Below, piece by piece: positions 29,667 through 39,356 of a stretch of 64,000 bases of DNA (positions within the stretch are counted from its first letter, which is position 1; the number at the start of each line of letters is the position of its first letter). The position numbers and the translations under genes are program-made. The stretch covers positions 3,296,001-3,360,000 of the forward strand of contig OZ253564.1 in the NCBI GenBank assembly GCA_965262915.1, read 5' to 3'. The stretch comes from Candidatus Spongiisociaceae bacterium. GTDB lineage: Bacteria; Actinomycetota; Acidimicrobiia; Spongiisociales; Spongiisociaceae. Below the pieces are notes generated by a model that saw only the letters and a program-made list of their open reading frames with translations, made no database searches and was not told the DNA's origin.

Positions 29667-31199
29667 ATGCCGCTCACCAAACAGGAGTTGGAGTCGAAGC
29701 TGTGGCAGGCCGCCGACATCCTGCGCGGGCAGATCGACGCGGCGGATTACAAGAACTACATCTTCTCGATGCTGTTCCTGAAACGACTCTCCGACCGTTT
29801 CGACGAGGAGGTGGAGGCGGCCGTGGCCGCGGGGGTCCCCCGCCGGGTTGCCCTGACGGACCTCGACGAGCACGAGTTCTTCATCCCCGAGCCGGCCCGG
29901 TGGCGGGCGATCACAGCGGCCTCGATGAACCTCGGCGAGGTCCTCAACGCCGCCGGCCAGAACATCGAGTCGGCCAACATTCCCAGGCTCGACGGTGTGA
30001 TGGTGGGCACCAACTGGAACGACGAGACCAAACTCGGCAGCCCGGCCAACCGTGAGCGCATCATCCGGAGCCTGGTCGACCACTTCAGCGCCCTGAACCT
30101 CCGGGACGACAACCTCCGGGACGGCGAACGCGGTGGCAGCGACGTATTGGGCGATGCCTACGAGTATCTGATCAACCGCTTCGCCGACGACGCCGGCAAG
30201 AAGGGCGGCGAGTTCTACACCCCCCGGCCGGTGGTGAGGCTGATCGTCGAGCTGCTACAACCGCGCGAAGGGATGCGCATCTGCGATCCGACGGCCGGCT
30301 CGGGGGGAATGCTGATCTATACCGCCCAGTATGTGCACGAGAACGGCGGCAACCGGCGCAACCTGGTGCTCCACGGCCAGGAACGCAATCTGGGCACCCT
30401 CGCCGCCGGAAAGCTCAACCTTCTGCTGCACGGGCTGTCGGCCGCCCGCCTCGAACCCGGCGATGTCATCGCCGAGCCCGGTCTGGTAGACCGGACGGGC
30501 CGCCTGCTCGCCTACGACCGGGTGATCGCCAATCCCCCCTTCAGCCTCAAGAACTGGGGGCACGACCTCGCGCCCTACGATCCCCACCACCGGTTCGACC
30601 GCTACGGCGCCATTCCCCCACGGACCAGGGGCGACTTCGCTTTCCTGCTCCACATGCTCGGCGTGACCAGCGCCGACGGGATGGTCGGGGTCGTCATGCC
30701 TCACGGGATCCTGTTCAGAGGCGGCGCCGAGGGCAGGATCCGCCGCGGCATACTGGAAGCCGACCTGTTCGAGGCGATCATCGGACTGGCACCCAATCTC
30801 TTCTTCGGCGCCAGCATCCCCGTGGCGATCTGCGTACTCAGCAAGGCCAAGCCTCCCGAGCGCCGGGGCAAGGTGCTCTTCGTCGACGCCAACCAGGAGG
30901 GCTGCTTCCGCAAGGAAAAGGCCAAGAACATCCTCCAACCCCAACATATTGCCAGGATCGTGAATGCCTACCGTGACTTCGAGGAAGTCGAACGCTTTAC
31001 CCATGTGGCGAACCTCGAGGAAATCGCGGCCAACGACTACAACCTGAACATCAGCCGGTACGTGGACACGACCGAGCCGGTGGAAGTGCTCAGCGTCGAA
31101 GAAGCATTGGCTCGGATGCGACGAGCAGAACGCGCCCGGGACGAAGCGGTGGCCAAGATGGATGCATTGCTCCTGGAGCTGAGGTATGCCGAAGGTTAG
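29667..31199 (+). CDS. hsdM: Type I R-M methyltransferase subunit
   Basis: LWQAADILRG, GEFYTPR, DPTAGSGGML, NPPF (m6A), NLNISRYV. Confidence 0.96.
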   Translation: MPLTKQELESKLWQAADILRGQIDAADYKNYIFSMLFLKRLSDRFDEEVEAAVAAGVPRRVALTDLDEHEFFIPEPARWRAITAASMNLGEVLNAAGQNIESANIPRLDGVMVGTNWNDETKLGSPANRERIIRSLVDHFSALNLRDDNLRDGERGGSDVLGDAYEYLINRFADDAGKKGGEFYTPRPVVRLIVELLQPREGMRICDPTAGSGGMLIYTAQYVHENGGNRRNLVLHGQERNLGTLAAGKLNLLLHGLSAARLEPGDVIAEPGLVDRTGRLLAYDRVIANPPFSLKNWGHDLAPYDPHHRFDRYGAIPPRTRGDFAFLLHMLGVTSADGMVGVVMPHGILFRGGAEGRIRRGILEADLFEAIIGLAPNLFFGASIPVAICVLSKAKPPERRGKVLFVDANQEGCFRKEKAKNILQPQHIARIVNAYRDFEEVERFTHVANLEEIAANDYNLNISRYVDTTEPVEVLSVEEALARMRRAERARDEAVAKMDALLLELRYAEG

Positions 31200-31389
31200 G
31201 CAGGCAATACGACTGGTGGAAAGGGAGGGATGGAGACTGAAACACACCCGCGGCAGCCATCGGCAATACCGGCATCCCGACAAACCGGGGACCGTCACGA
31301 TAGCAGGCAGCATGAGCCAAGACCTGGCACCCCGGACATGGAAGAGTATTCTCAGGCAGGCAGGGATAGAGAGAGGAGAAGCGAGATGA
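31186..31389 (+). CDS. hicA: HicA toxin
   Basis: GWRLKHTRGSHRQYRHP..PGTVTI, SILRQAG. Confidence 0.92.
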   Translation: MPKVRQAIRLVEREGWRLKHTRGSHRQYRHPDKPGTVTIAGSMSQDLAPRTWKSILRQAGIERGEAR

Positions 31390-31592
31390 AATACGCTGTT
31401 GTCATCGAAAAGACCGGCAATGGATACTCGGCATATGCCCCGGATGTCCCGGGCTGTGTGGCCGCGGCGGATACGCGTGCTGAAGTCAGAGAGCTGATCG
31501 GCGAAGCAATCCTTCTACATATCGACTCGCTTCGCCAGCATGGTGATCCTATTCCCGAACCTCAGGTATCGGTTGCGACAGTACACGTGTAG
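31386..31592 (+). CDS. hicB: HicB antitoxin (short form, no DNA-binding domain)
   Basis: MKYAVVIEK..NGYSAYAPDVPGC...EAI..H...GDPIPEP; ATGA overlap with hicA. Confidence 0.92.
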   Translation: MKYAVVIEKTGNGYSAYAPDVPGCVAAADTRAEVRELIGEAILLHIDSLRQHGDPIPEPQVSVATVHV

Positions 31593-31655
31593 GTCTTGCA
31601 AAAGCGGTAGTTATACGGTAGGACCGGAAGTTGTTGGAATGGTTTGTACCAGGAG

Positions 31656-32903
31656 ATGAAGTCCGCGGTCCCGGAGGGCTGGAAAACAGTACGGCTTGGG
31701 GATGTCACAGAAGTCAATCGATATTATTGGAACCCGTCGGACAGTTCGCGCATCCTGTATCTGGATCTGACCGCCGTTGTCGCTCCCGGAAGGCTCTCAT
31801 CCCCCAGGGAGCTGGCGTCCAGCAATGCGCCCAGTAGAGCTCGGCGCCTCGTACGTTCTCATGACATCCTCGTCAGCACTGTTCGCCCCAATCTCAGGAG
31901 TTTCGCCCGCGTTCGCCAAGCTCCCGACAACCTGGTCGCCTCGACAGGCTTTGCCGTACTGACCCCACTACCCACAACCGATGCTTCCCTGATATTCCAT
32001 CACGTCATGGCACACGATTTCGCCCGACATCTCGAAGGGGCCGCCACAGGCCAGGCCTATCCCGCAGTCCGACCCTCCGACATCAGCGCCTATCGCTTCG
32101 CGCTTCCGCCCCCCGCCGAGCAACAGGCCATCGCCGAGATGCTGGACTCCATCGACGAGGCGATCGAGCGAACCGAGGCGGTGATCAGTGCCACCGAGCA
32201 ATTCCGTGACTCTCTTCGCTGCGAACTGCTCTCTCGTGGCCTCCCTGGATGGCACACCGAGCGGCGCGATGTACCTGGCTTTGGCACCATCCCCGCTGCT
32301 TGGAAGGTAGTTCGGCTTGGCGATGTGACCGCGGTCAATCGCCATGGTTGGAATCCGACTGACAGTTCTCCCATCCTGTATCTGGATCTGACCGCCGTTG
32401 TCGCACCCGGAAAGCTCTCATCCCCAAGGGAGCTGGCGTCCAGCAATGCGCCCAGTAGAGCTCGGCGCCTCGTACGTTCTCATGACATCCTCGTCAGCAC
32501 TGTTCGCCCCAATCTCAGGAGTTTCGCCCGCGTTCGCCAAGCTCCCGACAACCTGGTCGCCTCGACAGGCTTTACCGTACTGACCCCACTACCCACAACC
32601 GATGCTTCCCTGATATTCCATCACGTCATGGCACACGATTTCGCCCGACATCTCGAAGGGGCCGCCACAGGCCAGGCCTATCCCGCAGTCCGACCCTCCG
32701 ACATCAGCGCCTATCGCTTCGCGCTTCCGCCCCCCGCCGAGCAACAGGCCATCGCCGAGGTGCTGGACTCCATCGACAACGCCATTGAACATCACGAACG
32801 AGACCGGGAGGCTTTGAACGAAGCGAAGGAGTCGACTGCTGAGGCATTGCTCGCAGGACGTCTGCGGATACCTGTCGCAGCCATGAGAGGTAACAGTGAC
32901 TAG
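31656..32903 (+). CDS. hsdS: Type I R-M specificity subunit with two near-identical TRDs
   Basis: PEGW..VRLGDV, DILVSTVRP, LPPPAEQQAIAE.LDSID each present twice; ends LLAGRLRI. Confidence 0.93.
   Translation: MKSAVPEGWKTVRLGDVTEVNRYYWNPSDSSRILYLDLTAVVAPGRLSSPRELASSNAPSRARRLVRSHDILVSTVRPNLRSFARVRQAPDNLVASTGFAVLTPLPTTDASLIFHHVMAHDFARHLEGAATGQAYPAVRPSDISAYRFALPPPAEQQAIAEMLDSIDEAIERTEAVISATEQFRDSLRCELLSRGLPGWHTERRDVPGFGTIPAAWKVVRLGDVTAVNRHGWNPTDSSPILYLDLTAVVAPGKLSSPRELASSNAPSRARRLVRSHDILVSTVRPNLRSFARVRQAPDNLVASTGFTVLTPLPTTDASLIFHHVMAHDFARHLEGAATGQAYPAVRPSDISAYRFALPPPAEQQAIAEVLDSIDNAIEHHERDREALNEAKESTAEALLAGRLRIPVAAMRGNSD
31751..32777 (+). repeat. 406-bp direct repeat inside hsdS (31751-32156 / 32372-32777)
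   Basis: Offset 621 nt; 5 mismatches by manual alignment. Confidence 0.95.
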
Positions 32904-35900
32904 GAGATCCGATGATCTCACCGCTGCCGAGGAGCCGGCCCGGCAGTTGCTGGAGCGCATCGGATGGATCCATCTTCCCAGTGATGTCTTGGCAGGAGAG
33001 CGCCCCGGTGAACGGGCGGTCCTGCTGGAGCGACGGCTGACCAGGGCCCTGTTGAGAATCAATGAGTGGATGACCGGTGGCCACGCAGAGCGGGTCATTT
33101 TCGAGCTGGAGAACATCGATTCCACCGGGATGGCCCGCAACCAAGCCGTCCACGAATACCTCACGTACGGTATGCCGCTCGCCGTGGACGGTCCGGGCGG
33201 GCGGCGCACGCGCATCGTGCGCTTCTTCGACTTCGCGCATCCGACCGGCGGGCTCAACGAGTTCGTGTTCACCACAACGGGGTACCGGGTCCGCCGAGAT
33301 GCCACCCGCGTGATCAGGCCGGACCTGGTGCTATTCGTGAACGGGATCCCGCTGGTGGTGATCGAGGCCAGGGCGCCCCACCTGCTGTGGCAGCAGGAAG
33401 CGATACACCAACTGCGGCGGTACCAGGAGACCGGGACGAAGTGGCGTGGCGCGGGAGCGCCGCGGCTCTTCCACTACAACCTGTTGTGCGTAGCCCACTC
33501 GGTCGACGGGGCGGTCTTCGGCACGCTCGGGGCGCCGGAGAACGCCTACGTCGAATGGAAGTCGGCGCCGGCCCATTCCGACAACGAGGTTCGGGAGCCT
33601 TCCGGCGTGGAACCGCTCGGACAGCCACGGTTGATCGAGGGGTTGCTGGCGCCGGCCACCCTGGTGGACATCCTGCGCGACTACGTGGTCTTCGAACCGG
33701 ACGGGGGTCGCATCGTCAAGAAAGTCCCCCGCTACCAGCAGTACCGGGCCGTCAACAGGGCGCTCGAGCGCGTCCTGAGGGGTAGGAGACCGGAAGACCG
33801 GGGCGGGGTGGTCTGGCACACCCAGGGCTCCGGCAAGTCCCTGACCATGCTGTGGCTGGCCACCAAGCTACGCCGCGAGCCGCGACTGCGGTCGCCGATC
33901 ATCGTGGTGGTGACCGACCGCCGCCAGCTCGACCGCCAGATCTCGGCCACGTTCAGGCGGTGCGGGTTTCCCGCACCCGAGCAGGCCGGCAGCGGTCGCC
34001 ACCTGAGGCGTCTCCTGACCACCGGGGCAGGCCGCACGATCATGACCACCATCCAGAAGTTCGAAGAGGCTCTGGTCGCCCCGCGCGAAGGCCCTTACGT
34101 GCTGAACCCCTCGGAGCGGGTGGTGGTCATGGTGGACGAGGCACACCGTACCCAGTACGGGACGCTGGGAACAGCCATGTCCGGAGCACTCCCCAACGCG
34201 GTTCTCATAGGCTTCACGGGCACGCCCATCGACAAGGGTTTCCGCCGTAGCACGATGCGACGCTTCGGACCCCTCATCGATTCCTACACGATCCCGCAGT
34301 CGGTCGACGACGGGGCCACGGTACCGATCCTCTACGAGGCTCGGCTGCCGGACCTCTCCGTAGAGGGTCGCGAGCAGCTCGACCGGCTGTTCGCGGCCTT
34401 GTTCGGACACGAACCTGTCGAGACCCAGGCGCGGATACGGAGGCGCTACGCCAACAAGGAGACGGTCGCCGAGGCAGAACGCCGCATCGAGATGATCGCC
34501 CTCGACATCGCCGAGCACTTCACCCAGAAAGTGCGACCCAGCGGGTTCAAGGCCCTGGTGGCGGCGCCCAGTCGCAGGGCGGCCCTCCGCTACACGGAGC
34601 ACCTTCGCAGCCTCGGTCTGCGTACCTACCCGATCATCACCACCACCCCCAAGGACGGAGCGGAGTTCGACGAGGCTCGCCGTCTCGACCAGAGCCGGAT
34701 CGTCAGCGCGTTCAAAGACCCCGCGGGCTGCCCGGAGATCCTGGTGGTGGTCAACATGCTGCTCACCGGGTTCGACGCCCCCGTGGAACAGGTTCTCTAC
34801 CTGGACCGGTCACTGAAGGAGCACGCCCTCCTCCAGGCCATCGCCCGGGTGAACCGGCGCTTCTCCCACGTCAAGGACGGCGTACCGACCGAGAAGAGCC
34901 ACGGTCTGGTCGTCGACTACCACGGCGTGTCGCGACATCTACAGAGAGCGCTCTCGAGCTTCGAGTGGCCGGATGTCCGGGACTCGATGCAGGAGCTCGA
35001 AGAGGATCCAGCTCCGGTGATCGAGGCCGCGCTCACCCGGGCCGAAGCCCATTTCAAGGGTCTGGATCTCGACGACCACTGGGAATGCGTCCTCGCCTTC
35101 GGGCCCGAGACCACGAGCGATGCGCGAGTCAAGGCCGACCTCTATGCCCTCTTCGACACCGACTACCGCCACTGCTCGCGCCTACTGGACCGTTTCCTCC
35201 CGGACCCCCGCTCGCTGCAATACCTGGGACGTTTCACGCGCCTCACCAAGATACGTTCCTACGTGCGAGCCCAGTTTCTCCAGGAGGACGCCGCCACCGA
35301 CTGGACCGCGATCGGAGCCAAGGTCAAGAAGCTGATCGACCGGCGCATCGACGCCCAGGTCCGGTTGCTGATGAAGCCCGTGTCAGTACTGGACCGGGAC
35401 TTCGACCGGAAGATCGCCTCGCTGCCCCACGACAAGGCCCGCGCCTCGGTGATGGAACACGCCATCCGGGCCCAGATCATCAACCGCCTGGAGGAAAACC
35501 CCGTCTTCTTCGAGAAGCTCTCGGCGCGGCTCGGCAAGATCATCGAAGACCTCCGCCGGCGGGTGATAGACACCGCCGAAGCGGCTCGAGGGTTGGGGGA
35601 GCTGCAACAGATGCTGCTGAGCGAAGCCGACATCGCCACCGAGCACGGCTTCACCGCGGTCTCCTTCGCGATCTACGAGCTGCTCGCCGGCACACCCCAA
35701 GAGCCCCGGAATACCGGGGCCACGGGGGAGGAACCGCTCCGGTACCGCTTCGAGCCGGACGAAGCCACCAGGAACGCCGCGCTCTCGATCGAGAGCCTCC
35801 TCGACCATCACCGCACCGTCATCGACTGGCAATCGAACCTCGAAGTACGACGGGAGATGCGCCGGGACATCAAGCGCCACCTGCGTGGGACCGGCGACTA

Positions 35901-35991
35901 CACCGAGGAACGCCTCGACGATCTGGCCCACCGCATCGTGGCGGTGGCCGGACGGAGAACCGATCGTGACCCTCGACGCTCGCCCCTCTAG
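32896..35991 (+). CDS. hsdR: Type I R-M restriction subunit
   Basis: RPDLVLFVNGIPLVVIEAR, QLRRY, HTQGSGKS, DEAH, FTGTP, LTGFDAP, QAIARVNR. Confidence 0.95.
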   Translation: MTRRSDDLTAAEEPARQLLERIGWIHLPSDVLAGERPGERAVLLERRLTRALLRINEWMTGGHAERVIFELENIDSTGMARNQAVHEYLTYGMPLAVDGPGGRRTRIVRFFDFAHPTGGLNEFVFTTTGYRVRRDATRVIRPDLVLFVNGIPLVVIEARAPHLLWQQEAIHQLRRYQETGTKWRGAGAPRLFHYNLLCVAHSVDGAVFGTLGAPENAYVEWKSAPAHSDNEVREPSGVEPLGQPRLIEGLLAPATLVDILRDYVVFEPDGGRIVKKVPRYQQYRAVNRALERVLRGRRPEDRGGVVWHTQGSGKSLTMLWLATKLRREPRLRSPIIVVVTDRRQLDRQISATFRRCGFPAPEQAGSGRHLRRLLTTGAGRTIMTTIQKFEEALVAPREGPYVLNPSERVVVMVDEAHRTQYGTLGTAMSGALPNAVLIGFTGTPIDKGFRRSTMRRFGPLIDSYTIPQSVDDGATVPILYEARLPDLSVEGREQLDRLFAALFGHEPVETQARIRRRYANKETVAEAERRIEMIALDIAEHFTQKVRPSGFKALVAAPSRRAALRYTEHLRSLGLRTYPIITTTPKDGAEFDEARRLDQSRIVSAFKDPAGCPEILVVVNMLLTGFDAPVEQVLYLDRSLKEHALLQAIARVNRRFSHVKDGVPTEKSHGLVVDYHGVSRHLQRALSSFEWPDVRDSMQELEEDPAPVIEAALTRAEAHFKGLDLDDHWECVLAFGPETTSDARVKADLYALFDTDYRHCSRLLDRFLPDPRSLQYLGRFTRLTKIRSYVRAQFLQEDAATDWTAIGAKVKKLIDRRIDAQVRLLMKPVSVLDRDFDRKIASLPHDKARASVMEHAIRAQIINRLEENPVFFEKLSARLGKIIEDLRRRVIDTAEAARGLGELQQMLLSEADIATEHGFTAVSFAIYELLAGTPQEPRNTGATGEEPLRYRFEPDEATRNAALSIESLLDHHRTVIDWQSNLEVRREMRRDIKRHLRGTGDYTEERLDDLAHRIVAVAGRRTDRDPRRSPL

Positions 35992-37754
35992 GAGGGTGCT
36001 GAGCAATCCGTCTGAAGGGGTGCTGCTTGAACCCTGGGATGTGCTGTTGGCTGGTGTGGGTTGGTGGGAGGCTGCCGGTTGGGGGGTGGTGGTGCTGGTT
36101 GTCGGGGTGGAGTTGCCCCGGTTTTTGGGGTTGCCGGTGGGTTTGGTGGTTTAGGTGGGGTTGAGTGCCCAGCCGGTGGTTGTGTGGGTGAGTCCGAGGT
36201 TGATGAGGCGTTGTAGGTTGATGGCTGCTGTTGGGGTGGTGAGCCATTGCTGGTTGGGTTTGATTCCTCGGTGTGGGACACGTCTGGGGTTGCGGCGGGT
36301 GAGCCAGGCGATGGTCCGCTCGACGGACGGCCGGTGGTTCCGGTAGGTGTCCTGCGTTTCTTCTTTGGCCCACCGTGCTTTGTTCGCGGCGCGACGGTCG
36401 TGGTGTTTGTCGACTGCGATGGTCCGTCCACGCTTGGAGGTGGTGCATCGTGCCCGCAGGGGGCAGCCGTTGCACCGCTTGGCGAACGGGGCGGTACCAC
36501 CGGGGCGTATACGGGTGGTGTGCCCGGCGGGACACGTCACCGTCCGGGCTCCGGTGTCGACCTCGAAGTCGTCGCGGTGGAACCCGTCTTCGATGTGGGG
36601 TTTGCGTACGATTGGTTTGGTCACCGGGGTGTGACCAAGATCGTCGAACGTTTCAAGCGCCGCACCGGACGCGTACGCGGAGTCGGCGACGATTTCGGCA
36701 CCCGGGGGTGCTTCGGCAACGAGATCCGCAATGCTGTCGGCGTCTGGGGTGTTGGCAGCGGTTAGGTGGGCGGCGGTGACCAGCCCGGTTTCGGGTTCGG
36801 TAGTCACATGGGCCTTGTACCCGTCCCGTTTGCGGGTCCGGGTCTTGTGACCGTGCCTGGCTTCGGGGTCCACCGTCGATATGGTCCGATCCTTGGGCCA
36901 CACGCCGCGCTATCCGCCATCGGCCTTCCCGGTGGGGATCCGGTTCCACATCTTGGCCCGTAACCACTCCCAACAGACCTATTGCGTCGGCCTGTTCGGG
37001 GTTCAGCTTTATGTCCTCCACCCCTTCGATCAGCGCCAGCCCGTCGGTGACCAAACCGTTGATCAGTTCCGATCGGCTGTCGGGATCGGACCAGTCACAG
37101 GACGGTTTCGCCTTCGATTCGTAGTCATGGGCCACCAGCACCAGGTCGGCTGCCTGCGGGATCAGACGTCGGCAACGCCTTATCTGCGACGAGATCATCG
37201 TCACCGTGTCCCCGGTAGCAACCGCGTCGTGCAGAATGGTCGAGTCCAACGCACGGCGTCCCCTGTTCGCCAACACCCCACAGGCGGCGACCACCTCCCG
37301 CACCGCGTCGAAGATACGCTCAGGACGGTCACTCGCCCTAAGCCTCGCTCGCCACAACGTCAGCACCGTCGGGTGGAACCCCCCATCGGTCAACGACAGA
37401 CCAGCCGCCGCTTTCCAAGCTATGTCACGACGCAGCCGCTGGACCGCTTCCCGATCCGACAGGCCCTCCAACGCCTGGAGGACCATCACCGCCCCAATCA
37501 CCGAGCCCGGTATCGACGGGCGGCCCCGCGGGCCGAACAAATCCCCAAACATCTCAGCGGGAAACAGACGCCGGCGGTGCTCAGCCAAAAACTGATACAC
37601 CGAACCCTCCGGAACCAACTCCCCACACAGTTCCATAGCGTCCAGAAACTCACGATCACCACGTTCACTACCCTGCATACCACCTACAATAATCCCAACA
37701 AACCCAAAACGCGAACAAGCCAACACCCAACAGACCGACTAAATCAGCAGTCCC
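35992..37754 (-). mobile_element. IS1182-family insertion sequence
   Basis: Imperfect terminal IRs (gagggtgctgagcaatccgtctg / cagaccgactaaatcagcagtccc), CTAG on both flanks (35988-35991, 37755-37758), transposase inside. Confidence 0.85.
36151..37678 (-). pseudogene. IS1182-family transposase split by a +1 frameshift near 36896
   Basis: GRPSIP, LEGLSDREA, ALDST, then in another frame DPEARHGHK, GYKAH, ADSAY, CPAG, RPSVER. Confidence 0.85.
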
Positions 37755-37755
37755 C

Positions 37756-38007
37756 TAGGAGGGTGGTGTAAAACCCCTACACGGCCCGTCGACCGATAAC
37801 ATAATGCCTGTTCAGAGAAAGACGGGCCGTTGCTCCCCAACGTTTTGGAGGGTGCGCGGATAGGCGGACACGACTGCTCCTATCCGTAGACCCAACCCGG
37901 TTTCCCGCCGGAGAACCCCTGGTCAGGGTCGTGGACTCGTCAACCGTCGCGGTCACTGTCTCCCCACGTGAGCACCTATCCGCGCACCCTCTTGGACCAC
38001 CCTCCTA
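37756..38007. mobile_element. MITE containing a second nested MITE (37848-37991)
   Basis: Outer TIR taggagggtggt/accaccctccta; inner perfect 17-bp TIR gagggtgcgcggatagg/cctatccgcgcaccctc flanked by a ttg duplication. Confidence 0.8.
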
Positions 38008-38385
38008 TTAAGGTGGTTAAAACCCCCGGTTGGCCCGGCGATAGATGGCAGAAGGCCACGTCAGCGCACGAAGAGCCAACCATTTACCCGTATTCGAGCA
38101 CCCGCCTGGTGTCATCGACTCCGACCCGGGATATGAGGCCCCACCGGACACTTCCAGCGACAGGGGTCTAGACGCGGCGGCTCGATCGGTGTACCAATTG
38201 GAGACAGGGGATGAGGCTCATCACACCCGATGAGGTACGCCAGGCGCGGACGTGTCGGACATACGGGAAGGGCTCTGGGTCAACGCCGAAGCGTGATCGA
38301 CTTCCGCCAGGGAGGGCATGAAGATGAGGTACCTCGGCGAGCCGGTCCAGGCCGGGTCGCCGGGATGCGCGGGAAGGGGCCCGGA

Positions 38386-39120
38386 GTGACCGATCGAGAC
38401 TCCATCAGGTACGGCGACACCACCATCCACTACGAGATCCGCCGCAGCGAGCGCCGCAAGAAGACCGTAGAGGTCAAGGTGAGCCGGGATGGGGTGCGCG
38501 TCTACGCGCCCAGTGCCATGGACGACGAGAGCCTGAGGAAGTTCGTCCGTGAGAAGGCACATTGGATACTCGACCACCTGGCCCGGCTGGAGGAAATCGA
38601 ACCGGTTCGGTTCGTCAACGGTGAGACCCTCCCCTACCTGGGCTATGACATCCCGATGGTCTTCGATACCTGTGACGTTCGCTCACCGGAGGTCAGTTTC
38701 GATCAACGGTCCTTCAGGGTGATGGAACCTCCAGGTCTGGTAGGCGAGTCTCGTCTCGAACTTGTCGGCCGCGCCTTCCTCGGCTGGTACTGCGCCCGCG
38801 GGACGGAGTGGATACCCGCCGCCGTCGACCGTTGGTGGCCGGTACTCGGCCGCGGACCCAGATCCAGGGTCCTGATCCGCAACCAGCGTACGAGGTGGGC
38901 AAGTTGCGGAGTCGATGGAACGCTCCGTTTCAACTGGCGGGTCATGATGCTCGAACCGGGGCTGATCGATTACGTGGTCGTGCATGAACTCGCCCACCTG
39001 ACAGTGCGGGGCCACTCACGCGACTTCTGGGACGTGGTGCGCAAGGCCATGCCCGACATGGCGCAACGGCGGAAACGTCTCAAGGAGGTAGCCGTCGGCA
39101 TTCACATGCGGTTCACTTGA
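38386..39120 (+). CDS. M48/YgjP (DUF45, SprT-like) metallopeptidase family protein
   Basis: RRSERRKKT, FVNGETLPYLG, RWASC, DYVVVHELAH, HSRDFW; a family commonly found downstream of hsdR. Confidence 0.9.
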   Translation: MTDRDSIRYGDTTIHYEIRRSERRKKTVEVKVSRDGVRVYAPSAMDDESLRKFVREKAHWILDHLARLEEIEPVRFVNGETLPYLGYDIPMVFDTCDVRSPEVSFDQRSFRVMEPPGLVGESRLELVGRAFLGWYCARGTEWIPAAVDRWWPVLGRGPRSRVLIRNQRTRWASCGVDGTLRFNWRVMMLEPGLIDYVVVHELAHLTVRGHSRDFWDVVRKAMPDMAQRRKRLKEVAVGIHMRFT

Positions 39121-39137
39121 TGTATACTGTGCTGTAT

Positions 39138-39356
39138 ATGCCGGCAACTCGCACACAGATCTACCTGACGAGCGAACAGCGAGAGGGAATCGACGCCATG
39201 ACCCGGATGACCGGCCTGTCGATGGCGGAGATCATCCGGCGGGCTGTCGATCTCTTCCTGGATCGGTACCCCGACCCGGCTCCCGCCCTGGACGCCACCT
39301 TCGGTGCTGTTCCCGACGCGGTCGCGCCCGGCAGGGACGAGTGGGAACGTGGCTGA
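39138..39356 (+). CDS. Ribbon-helix-helix antitoxin (VapB-like)
   Basis: RTQIYLT, SMAEIIRRAVD; overlaps the PIN gene. Confidence 0.85.
   Translation: MPATRTQIYLTSEQREGIDAMTRMTGLSMAEIIRRAVDLFLDRYPDPAPALDATFGAVPDAVAPGRDEWERG

Noticed and set aside
31751-32777. DGR-like template/variable repeat pair (4 of 5 mismatches have A in copy 2)
   Set aside because: Too few mismatches to be meaningful, both copies are in-frame coding TRDs, and there is no reverse transcriptase in the window.
36880-36910. Programmed frameshift in the transposase
   Set aside because: No slippery heptamer, and IS1182 transposases are normally single ORFs; more likely a mutation or sequencing error.
38008-38385. Small ORFs or an ncRNA between the MITE and the M48 gene
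   Set aside because: No recognisable motifs or convincing structure; only a partial echo of the MITE end (ggtggttaaaacccc).
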